64,000 nucleotides of DNA. Origin: Bacteroidota bacterium (GTDB taxonomy: Bacteria > Bacteroidota > Ignavibacteria > Ignavibacteriales > SURF-24). Location of the stretch: assembly GCA_050258935.1 (NCBI GenBank), contig JBLMZS010000042.1, positions 12,778 through 76,777 of the forward strand, written 5' to 3'. Shown piece after piece: positions 9,372 through 17,599 of this stretch. The notes beneath the pieces were generated by a model. That model saw only the letters and a program-made list of their open reading frames with translations. It did not search any database and was not told where the DNA came from. The position numbers and the translations under genes were made by a program. Positions within the stretch are counted from its first letter, which is position 1, and each line of letters begins with the position of its first letter.

Positions 9372-10525
9372 AAATTTGCAGCGTGTTCGGTTCCTAAGAA
9401 GAGTTCACAAACCGAAAGGATTTCATCGAGCGAAATCTCTGCATCCAGATTGTCCGCAAGTGACATAACAACTTTATCTTCGGGGAAGATCACCAGATAT
9501 GCCTTGCTGCCGCATGGCGAGCCGACATGGTATACAAACCGCCGCCCGCTTTTATCAGTACCGGTACTCCAGCCGAGGCCATAACCTGTTTTAGTACCAT
9601 CTGAGAGTGTCAGCGATGTAAACAATAATTCCCTTGTAACAGGACTGATAATTTTATTCTCCAGAAGCCCATTTCCAAAACGCAGCATATCTGTACATGT
9701 CGAAACGAATCCTCCCCCGCCCCACTTATTCGAATTATCAACCTGGGGCGATTCGGTTACATTATTTTTCCACAATGTATAACAGCCTGCCTTGCCTTCA
9801 ATGGATCTGTCACTGTAATCAGGTTCAGTACATTTCATATCAAGCACATCGAATATATTCTGTTGCATGAAGTCCAGGAAATTCACGCCAGAAGCTTTTT
9901 CAATTACTTCGCTGAGAAGCGAATAGCCGTAAGTAGTATAAAGATATTTTGTGCCGGGCCTGAATAAAAGCGAATCATTCATGAATATGCTAAGAGACTC
10001 CATCACGCTTTTATATCTGATGTTGCTGGCAAATTCACCCCTGGAATAATCATAACTGCGTATACCTGCCAGATGGCCGGCCAGCTGTTTTACTGTAAAC
10101 GGATATTGTTTTTCCGGAAACTCCGGCACATAGTATCTCACCTGCTGGTTGAGATCAATTTGCCCCTTTTCATACAAGTTCCCGAGTGCCACGGAAGTAA
10201 AGGACTTTGACACACTTCCAACCCTGAATTTTGTATTCAGTTTCACCGGAGTCATTTTCTTTTTGTCAGCTATACCGAATCCCTCGCACCATATGAATGA
10301 AGAGTTCTTCGAGACCGCAACAGACAGTCCGGGAATCCTCTTTTCGTGCATATATTCCAGAATTTTGCCTCTTGCAGCAGGTATAATACCTGTATGTTTT
10401 ATTGTGAATGAGGAATCCTCATAGCTTCTCTGATCTTCCGGCAACGGAAGCACCTGACCGTAAAGAATTGAAAAGGAAAAGATAAAAGTGACGAAGCAAA
10501 GTGACAGAAACGGATGATTTTTCAT
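9368..10525 (-). CDS. Serine hydrolase / class C beta-lactamase-family protein, secreted
   Basis: 385 aa with a signal peptide. SVSKSFTS is the SxxK active-site motif. YSLLS (a YxN-like region) and a beta-lactamase/transpeptidase-like layout are present. Its stop overlaps the convergent polyferredoxin stop by 4 nt. Confidence 0.8.
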   Translation of the reverse strand: MKNHPFLSLCFVTFIFSFSILYGQVLPLPEDQRSYEDSSFTIKHTGIIPAARGKILEYMHEKRIPGLSVAVSKNSSFIWCEGFGIADKKKMTPVKLNTKFRVGSVSKSFTSVALGNLYEKGQIDLNQQVRYYVPEFPEKQYPFTVKQLAGHLAGIRSYDYSRGEFASNIRYKSVMESLSIFMNDSLLFRPGTKYLYTTYGYSLLSEVIEKASGVNFLDFMQQNIFDVLDMKCTEPDYSDRSIEGKAGCYTLWKNNVTESPQVDNSNKWGGGGFVSTCTDMLRFGNGLLENKIISPVTRELLFTSLTLSDGTKTGYGLGWSTGTDKSGRRFVYHVGSPCGSKAYLVIFPEDKVVMSLADNLDAEISLDEILSVCELFLGTEHAANF

Positions 10526-10600
10526 TATCTCAGCATAGGAAGTGTTTTATTTAATCTTCAAAGATAAATAATTCTGAGATGAAAAAACAAACCGGTATAT

Positions 10601-12322
10601 TTATTTCTGTTTCATTAGTTTCAGTATCTGTGCAATTATCTCTGAGCGCAGTTTATCAAGATCACCGCTTGTATCAACAGATGAAACAAACCGCTCTGCC
10701 GCCGTTACATCCCTTCCTCTGGATTTTAGTTTATCTATCATATCCAGTAGTGTTGACAGGTAGCGCATATCATCAACACCTTCTCTGAAACCTTCCCATT
10801 GTATCGTTGAAATAAGTCCATCTGAAAGAGGGTAAGTAAATGTTTCTTCCCGGTAGCGTTTGTTGTCAAAATCATTCCATATACTGTTATAATTTTTCTG
10901 ATAGGCATAATCCATTGCACCGTCATATCCTGCCTGCCATAAAGCTATACCAAAGTTCCTGCGGTAGACCTCCGGGTTCTCCTGCCCCACCTGCGGATTA
11001 GAATATGAAAATATTTTTTTACCCCTTGAATGATATTTCCTCGCCTGCGAAGGATTCAGTTCACCAAACATCACTGCGACATCCAAAATATCCCCGACAA
11101 TATCAAACGCATCATGATAGCATGCTACAAAAATTCCTGCCCCCGAAGCCCGCGCGGCTGACCAGGCAGGCCTTTGTGCCGCAAGCTTCCGGCCTGAGGC
11201 CTCATCAATTCCATATATGTGCAGGTTCCTGTATCCGTGCTTGCTGAGCACTGAATTAAATGCTGCGATTCTCTCCTTCAGTTTGTCAGTATCCTGAATC
11301 TCTCCTTCCTTTACACTAAACCAGTTCAGCAGTGTGCTGAACATGTAATCACCGGGAAGACCGACCTTATTCCTTATTCCGAGATTACGTGCAAGCAGAT
11401 CGGCGTCCTGATAATTATTAGGATACATAATGCCGTGTTCCTTCATATCTCTTAGTTCAATTTCCAGCTGTTTTTCTGTTTTATCCTCACAGTGGAATGC
11501 CCTGAGCTTTGAACTTCTCAGGCATCCGTGATAGTAAATGGAATACATTATTCTGGACTCATTAAGATCAAATGGCAGAACAGTCAGTTCCACCGGTACA
11601 GACAGAGTATTATCGTTTCCGTATTTGATTTTAATTCTGCCTCTGTAGAGTCCGCTTACAGCATTATCCGGGATATGGAAAGTAAGCCATAGCTGTTTAT
11701 AAATTTTCTCTTCAACTGTAAACGGTTTCAGTTCGTCTGAATCTTCTATTACCACATTATCCGGAAACCTGGCCGAAGGATCACTGATATTTATATATTC
11801 GCTCGTGCCGGACGAATTTTTCACAAGCAGGTAATTTGATTTGCTTTCATAGTCGGTCTGCACCAGCTTGTCATTTTTTATAAGCAGTTCTCCTACGAGA
11901 AGTCTCTGATTTGTCTGGTTAGATTTCACTCCAGACTGATACCATGCCTTTACAACCGATACATCGAGTATATCTAAAGGCAGAGAATTACTTCCGGAAG
12001 TGAACTGACTCCATGTTACTTTAACGCTTTCAAGTTTCCGCTGAGGTACGAGTATGAATGTAAATGGTTCATATTCACCCCTGGCCGCACGGATCTTCAC
12101 AGTGGTAAGTTTTTGCATCCTGTTCGGATATTCAAAACCGTCCAGTTTGTTTTCTTCAGTCGCCGGGAAAGTATAGAGTAATACCGGGGCATCGGAGTTT
12201 TGAATTTTACCGATACCTGCAGTCAGCCATGATATTATGTTTTTCTGAGTAACAGCAAAATTCATTATGGCAGAGACCGCAATTATTGACGACAGATAAA
12301 ATCTCACTATACCAATTCTCAT
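10601..12322 (-). CDS. Glycoside-hydrolase-like protein (DUF4091-type), exported
   Basis: 573 aa with an N-terminal hydrophobic anchor. AARGEYEPFTFILV and the C-terminal WEGFREGVDDMRYLSTL resemble signature blocks of DUF4091-containing putative glycosidases. It starts 14 bp after the WecA-like gene. Family call is by eye. Confidence 0.5.
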   Translation of the reverse strand: MRIGIVRFYLSSIIAVSAIMNFAVTQKNIISWLTAGIGKIQNSDAPVLLYTFPATEENKLDGFEYPNRMQKLTTVKIRAARGEYEPFTFILVPQRKLESVKVTWSQFTSGSNSLPLDILDVSVVKAWYQSGVKSNQTNQRLLVGELLIKNDKLVQTDYESKSNYLLVKNSSGTSEYINISDPSARFPDNVVIEDSDELKPFTVEEKIYKQLWLTFHIPDNAVSGLYRGRIKIKYGNDNTLSVPVELTVLPFDLNESRIMYSIYYHGCLRSSKLRAFHCEDKTEKQLEIELRDMKEHGIMYPNNYQDADLLARNLGIRNKVGLPGDYMFSTLLNWFSVKEGEIQDTDKLKERIAAFNSVLSKHGYRNLHIYGIDEASGRKLAAQRPAWSAARASGAGIFVACYHDAFDIVGDILDVAVMFGELNPSQARKYHSRGKKIFSYSNPQVGQENPEVYRRNFGIALWQAGYDGAMDYAYQKNYNSIWNDFDNKRYREETFTYPLSDGLISTIQWEGFREGVDDMRYLSTLLDMIDKLKSRGRDVTAAERFVSSVDTSGDLDKLRSEIIAQILKLMKQK

Positions 12323-12336
12323 TTCAAATTTCTTTG

Positions 12337-13995
12337 TCAGTTAAACATCAGAAATAGTATTGCCGTAAACGGCAGTGCGAAAGAAGCATAGAACAGGTAA
12401 CCGGCCATGCTGCTTTTTATAGTAATTATTACTTTATACCAGAGATAAAATATAAATGCCTGCAGGAAACTCGCACTAAAATAATTGTCAAAATCAAACC
12501 GTATAAAACTGTTGACCACAATGGTCAGCAAAATAAATACAACTACAGTAAGATCTATTCCATTGAGTATCATTCGCTTTACGCTGAACAGTTTTTCTCC
12601 TCCAAGTATAAACAGAACTATTATAACAGCCAGAGAATAATAACTCATTTCTATTATACGGTTTCCACTAACCGAAGGCATCAGATAATTCATTACTGCA
12701 GGAGTATTCAGGTTTGTAATTGTAAAGAATGCCGACAGGTTTATAAATGTATATATATCGCTAATATCTCTGGACCGTTTCTGATGCCCATAGGCCAGTA
12801 TGAGCAAAATGATGCCAATGACAAAGAATACAACAAGGACCTGCTTGTTGAGTGTACTGGATCTCGGGAATGATGAAAATACAATCACGCTGATCATAAG
12901 AGAAGAAAAAATAATGAGTACTTTCTCTGCATAGTGAAAATATTTATTTGGAATACTTCTTATTGGTTCAATCTCTCGCGAAATTCTCAGTGTCGGCCTG
13001 ATCCTGTTGAGTATAGGTTCAATAAACAGCAGAAGCAGAATTAAGAAAAAAAACAATGCAAGTGGAACGACACGGTCATATTTTATATAATACAATGCCA
13101 GCATTATGAAAAGCACAGTAATACTTTCAATTACAAATACAGTAAATTTATGTGATATATTCTTCGAACTGATAATATGGTGCAGATGAGTATTGTCCGG
13201 CAGGAATGGGTTTTTTCTTCTTATGATACGGGTAAACATTACCCTGACTGTATCAGCTGCCGGTACTGCCATAAGCATTGCCGGAAACGACAGGTCCAGA
13301 ACACCGTTATTGTAATTTATGCTTGTCAGAAGCGAGGCTACAACCAAAAAAAAACCAAGTGACAAAGAACCGGTATCACCGAGAAATATTTTAGCAGGAA
13401 ACGCATTGAATTTTAAAAATCCGAATATACTGCCCATCAGACTGCACGATAATATGAGAAGAAATGTATCGTACGACAAAATTGCCAGCGACAGTATTAT
13501 AGAGAATACGAGTAGCGAAAACCCGCTTACCAGTCCATCCATTCCATCTAACAGATTAATGGAATTGATACTGCCAAGAATAAACATCACAAGTACGGCA
13601 TAATCGAATGGGAAAGGAATATAAACTTCGAAGAGTCTCATGGAATCATATCTCGGAGCAAGATATATAAGCAGTAAAACTGCAGCCAGAGTCTGCAGCA
13701 GAAACTTTACCGAATACTCCAGTCCGAGCATGTCGTCAAATATACCTACGAGCAATATTATATTAGCCGCAATAATGATCAGCCTTATGGAATTCAGGTC
13801 CTTGTAAAATGAGATTATCATTACAGAAGCCACCATGAAAATCAGCAGCCCACCCATTCTTGGAATCACCTCATTGTGAATCCTCCTTTTTCCGGGCAAA
13901 TCGACGACATTTGATTTTTTAAGATACGCAATAAAATATGGAGTAAAAAAAATAGTAAATATAAGGCTCGTAAAGAATATCAATAGAAAATTCAT
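12337..13995 (-). CDS. Polyprenyl-phosphate HexNAc-1-phosphate transferase (MraY/WecA family, GT4 fold) with a long C-terminal membrane extension
   Basis: Motifs NVVDLPGKRRIHNEVIPRMGG, IFDDMLGL, NLLDGMDGL and FLGDTGSLSLGF. The ORF is 552 aa, with roughly the last 190 aa forming additional TM helices beyond the usual family core. Confidence 0.8.
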   Translation of the reverse strand: MNFLLIFFTSLIFTIFFTPYFIAYLKKSNVVDLPGKRRIHNEVIPRMGGLLIFMVASVMIISFYKDLNSIRLIIIAANIILLVGIFDDMLGLEYSVKFLLQTLAAVLLLIYLAPRYDSMRLFEVYIPFPFDYAVLVMFILGSINSINLLDGMDGLVSGFSLLVFSIILSLAILSYDTFLLILSCSLMGSIFGFLKFNAFPAKIFLGDTGSLSLGFFLVVASLLTSINYNNGVLDLSFPAMLMAVPAADTVRVMFTRIIRRKNPFLPDNTHLHHIISSKNISHKFTVFVIESITVLFIMLALYYIKYDRVVPLALFFFLILLLLFIEPILNRIRPTLRISREIEPIRSIPNKYFHYAEKVLIIFSSLMISVIVFSSFPRSSTLNKQVLVVFFVIGIILLILAYGHQKRSRDISDIYTFINLSAFFTITNLNTPAVMNYLMPSVSGNRIIEMSYYSLAVIIVLFILGGEKLFSVKRMILNGIDLTVVVFILLTIVVNSFIRFDFDNYFSASFLQAFIFYLWYKVIITIKSSMAGYLFYASFALPFTAILFLMFN

Positions 13996-15279
13996 CTATA
14001 CCAAATCCTTTGCTTTCGTAACTGCCACGGGTACTTCATATACTAAGATTTTATTGACGGTGGCAGATTTTATTATATCGAGATATTTTGAAGCCAGCAT
14101 TCCCCTGTCGAAATTTTTTCGCACAAATTCATATCCGTTATTACCATGTGCTTCCCTGTCAGACGGAGTGTTTATGTAGTAGAGCAGTTTTTCGGCAAGG
14201 TCAGTCTCATTTTCCGGCTCAAAGAATAACCCGCTTTCTGATGATTCGACTATATTTCTGCTTTCACCGTTAACACCAATAAGCAGCGGTTTTCTCATTA
14301 TCATTCCTTCAAACATTTTAGAAGGAATAACTGTATTGAACAACGGATCATTTTTCAGGTGCACAATGAACACATCCAGACTTTTTATTATTGCGGGAAT
14401 CTGTGATTTTGTCTGAATCGGAAATATTTTTATATTATCCAGGTTTTTTGCTCGTATCTCTTTTTCCAGTTTTTCTCTCTCTGCTCCTGATCCAACGATA
14501 AGGTACCTGATATTCAGATGTCTTGTTATTTCTGCGGCACGTATAAGAGTACCGATGGAATGAGCCATTCCAATTGTACCTATATAGCCTGCGGCAAAGC
14601 TTTCACCCAGAAATTTTTTAATTTCAGTATTCAGCGTTTCATTATTGTCTTCGAACATATCTGTAGAGACACCGTTAAATATGACCTCAATTTTCTTTTG
14701 GTCAATTCCTTTTTCCACCAGATAATCACTGAATGAATTTGTGACCGGTACAATTCTGTCTGCAGCATTGTACAGGCTTAATTCAAGCCTCTGCAGCAGG
14801 CGGATAATTCGTCTGTTCTTTATAGCACCGACCGCAATAATAGATTCCGGCCACAGGTCGCGCAATTCAAGTATGAAAGGTTTTCTTCTTATTGATGCAG
14901 CATATCTGCCGGCCAGTGCACAAAAAAACTGGGGTGTAGTCGCAATGAGTATGTCGAATTTTATTCCGGAGATCACTACGTACATAATGGCTGCGAACAT
15001 GTAGATAATGTAGTTGAGACTCCGCAATACGAAGCCTTCATTGGGGGTTATAAATGTCCAGAGTCGTATTACGTCTATTCCGTTGTACTTTTCTTTCTGC
15101 CACAGCCTGTTCCTGTAACCCGGGAACAGTTTACCGTCGGGATGATTTGGGAAATTTGTAATTACGGTCACATCAATGTCTTTTATCCATAACCGCGCAT
15201 GTTCATACAGCCTGTTAGCCGGTGCATTGACCTCTGGCGGGAAATAGTGAGAAAAAAAAAGTACACGTTTCCTGTTCAT
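13996..15279 (-). CDS. Glycosyltransferase family 4 (WcaI/WbuB-like)
   Basis: N-terminus RVLFFSHYFPPEVNAPANRLYEHARLW and C-terminal PSKMFEGMIMRKPLLIG are typical of WcaI/WbuB-type GT-B enzymes. It abuts the next gene with no gap. Confidence 0.75.
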   Translation of the reverse strand: MNRKRVLFFSHYFPPEVNAPANRLYEHARLWIKDIDVTVITNFPNHPDGKLFPGYRNRLWQKEKYNGIDVIRLWTFITPNEGFVLRSLNYIIYMFAAIMYVVISGIKFDILIATTPQFFCALAGRYAASIRRKPFILELRDLWPESIIAVGAIKNRRIIRLLQRLELSLYNAADRIVPVTNSFSDYLVEKGIDQKKIEVIFNGVSTDMFEDNNETLNTEIKKFLGESFAAGYIGTIGMAHSIGTLIRAAEITRHLNIRYLIVGSGAEREKLEKEIRAKNLDNIKIFPIQTKSQIPAIIKSLDVFIVHLKNDPLFNTVIPSKMFEGMIMRKPLLIGVNGESRNIVESSESGLFFEPENETDLAEKLLYYINTPSDREAHGNNGYEFVRKNFDRGMLASKYLDIIKSATVNKILVYEVPVAVTKAKDLV

Positions 15280-15368
15280 TGTTTTGCCCCTCCTTTATTA
15301 TTAAGGTAAATAGTTTTGGCAAATAATCAAGTACAGGCAGTATATTTCCGGTATTCATCCGTACATTG

Positions 15369-17588
15369 TTAAGCCGGAACACGAATATTCTTGTTCTGCG
15401 GAACAGAGTTCACATACAGCATTTTGTTCAACCGCAGTGATTCCCTTATAGTAAAGACAGTTTCCATACCGCAAATGATTTCTTCAAACGGTATAGGCGA
15501 AGTACCGTTTCTGAACGCGGTTATTACTTCATCCAGCATTTGCCTCTGCCCTTTATCCTGGTTAGAAGACCTGATTTTTTTTACTTTCTTCGCACCATGA
15601 AGCTCAAGAGTTCTGAAATCATCCATGGCAGCTGCCCGGTTATCACCATATACTTCCAACCTTTCCTTTGAGTATGACCTCGTGCCAATTGTATTATATA
15701 TCAGAGTTCCTGTTGATCCGTTGGTAAAAGTAATAATTATACTCAGATTGTCGTCATCTTTTGCAGCAGAGCTGTTCAAGGGCATAGATCTGGCAAAAAC
15801 CGTTTCAGGTACACTCCCGCATATAAATATCATTGTATCTATGAAATGGCACATCTCACCAATAAGCATACCGGCTCCTTCATCTCTGTCATGAATCCAT
15901 GAGTCCATCTGCATTTCTCCTGCATTCACACGGTATATCATTTGTTTAGGTGAACCGTGTTGAAAGTGATCTCTGGCCAGCCTGATCATATTTGAAAAAC
16001 GTCTGTTCAGTCCTGTCATTATGACTGCCGGAGTGGCTGTCTGTTCCGTGCTGGCGACAATATCAGCAAGCTGTTCTTCTGTTACTGCAATAGGTTTTTC
16101 AACAAATACATTTTTCCCCGCTGAAACTGCCCTGATAACATACTCTGCATGGGTGGAATGTCGGGTGACAATAAATACTGAATCCGTATTCTCATCTTCA
16201 ATAACTTTTGCAGCATCAGATGATGAAAATCCGAAACCGAATCTCTCTGACTTTTGCAATGCATTATTCCCTGTGGCGGTTGCAAGTCCTGTCAGAATTA
16301 CTGATTTATTTTCTTTGATATATGGTAACAGATGCAGCGTAGCATAACTGCCTGCCCCAATAAATCCAGCACGGCAGATCTCTCTGTGACCGCCCTGCCG
16401 CAGTTTATTCAGCGACATGTAATTTTTTATCCGTGAATTTAATACCAGATCGTTCTGGCTTTTATGAATGTCATACTTCAAAAGTATTCCAATATACCTG
16501 TCATTGCCGGATTTGATCAGATCATATGCCGAAAGCGATTCCTCCATAGCGTATTCATGAGTGGTCAGAATTTTTGTATTCAGTTTGTTTTCTGCCATCA
16601 GCTGAAGAACCGCCTGCATATTTCTTTTTTCAGTCCATCTTACGAACTCATATGGATAATCGATACCGCCTTCCTCGTAAGAATAGTCATATCTTCCCGG
16701 TCCATACGACATAGAAACCTTCAGTCCGAGTTCCTTTTTGTAATATATATCCCTGGGTATTTTCATACCCACCATTCCGACAATGATGATTTTTGCTTTT
16801 CTTCTGGCAGCTTCGCCGGCCATTTTCACCGGCTCATCGCTTTTTGTTGAGGCAGTTATAAATACATTATCAACTCCATAGCCTCCGGTGAAACGCATTA
16901 CCTTATCTGCAGCATATTCTTCAGGGATCAGTATCTGTTCATCCATACCGAGACCCATTGCTGTTTCAATCTTAAAACGGTTATGGTCAACTCCGATTAC
17001 CCTTAGTCCGTTTGCCTTTAGCATCTGTACTAACAGTAATCCGACCAGTCCCAATCCAATAACCATAGCCGATTCTCCCAGCTGAGGTTTTGCCAGTCTT
17101 AGCCCCTGTAATGCAATACTGGCTACCGTGGTATATGCAGCATCTTCAAATGATACATTCGCGGGTATCTTCACGGCCAGATTTTCCGGTACATAATTTA
17201 TTTCTGCATGATTGGCATACCCGGCACCGGCAATTGCAACGCGGTCTCCTCTTACGAATCCTTCAGTATCTCTGCCGGTTTCTTCAACAATTCCCGCCGC
17301 ACTGTATCCCAGAGGTGATGGTCTTTCCATTCTTGAGGAAATATTGTTATATGTATTAACCCAGCCTTCTTTTCTTGCCTTTGCAACTATCTGCCTGACC
17401 AGATCCGGTCTGGATCTGGCTTTGCCGATAATGCTTTTTTCGGCTAGTTCTATGATCGATTTTTCAGTCCCGGCACTTATCAATGAGTTAACTGTACGTA
17501 CAATTATCCCTTTATTTCTATTCATCGGAGGAGGTACCTCTTTCAGGCTGATTTCACCATTTCTTATGTTCTGAAGTATTTGCAGCAC
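15369..17588 (-). CDS. Bi-domain oxidoreductase (N-terminal MDR/alcohol-dehydrogenase-like domain plus C-terminal Gfo/Idh/MocA domain)
   Basis: The N-half has an MDR-like fold with the Rossmann motif VIGLGLVGLL. The C-half has GFIGAGSYATLHLLP and FVEKP, typical of Gfo/Idh/MocA NAD(P)-binding domains. 739 aa in one frame. Confidence 0.75.
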   Translation of the reverse strand: MLQILQNIRNGEISLKEVPPPMNRNKGIIVRTVNSLISAGTEKSIIELAEKSIIGKARSRPDLVRQIVAKARKEGWVNTYNNISSRMERPSPLGYSAAGIVEETGRDTEGFVRGDRVAIAGAGYANHAEINYVPENLAVKIPANVSFEDAAYTTVASIALQGLRLAKPQLGESAMVIGLGLVGLLLVQMLKANGLRVIGVDHNRFKIETAMGLGMDEQILIPEEYAADKVMRFTGGYGVDNVFITASTKSDEPVKMAGEAARRKAKIIIVGMVGMKIPRDIYYKKELGLKVSMSYGPGRYDYSYEEGGIDYPYEFVRWTEKRNMQAVLQLMAENKLNTKILTTHEYAMEESLSAYDLIKSGNDRYIGILLKYDIHKSQNDLVLNSRIKNYMSLNKLRQGGHREICRAGFIGAGSYATLHLLPYIKENKSVILTGLATATGNNALQKSERFGFGFSSSDAAKVIEDENTDSVFIVTRHSTHAEYVIRAVSAGKNVFVEKPIAVTEEQLADIVASTEQTATPAVIMTGLNRRFSNMIRLARDHFQHGSPKQMIYRVNAGEMQMDSWIHDRDEGAGMLIGEMCHFIDTMIFICGSVPETVFARSMPLNSSAAKDDDNLSIIITFTNGSTGTLIYNTIGTRSYSKERLEVYGDNRAAAMDDFRTLELHGAKKVKKIRSSNQDKGQRQMLDEVITAFRNGTSPIPFEEIICGMETVFTIRESLRLNKMLYVNSVPQNKNIRVPA

Positions 17589-17599
17589 TTTGTATTCCT

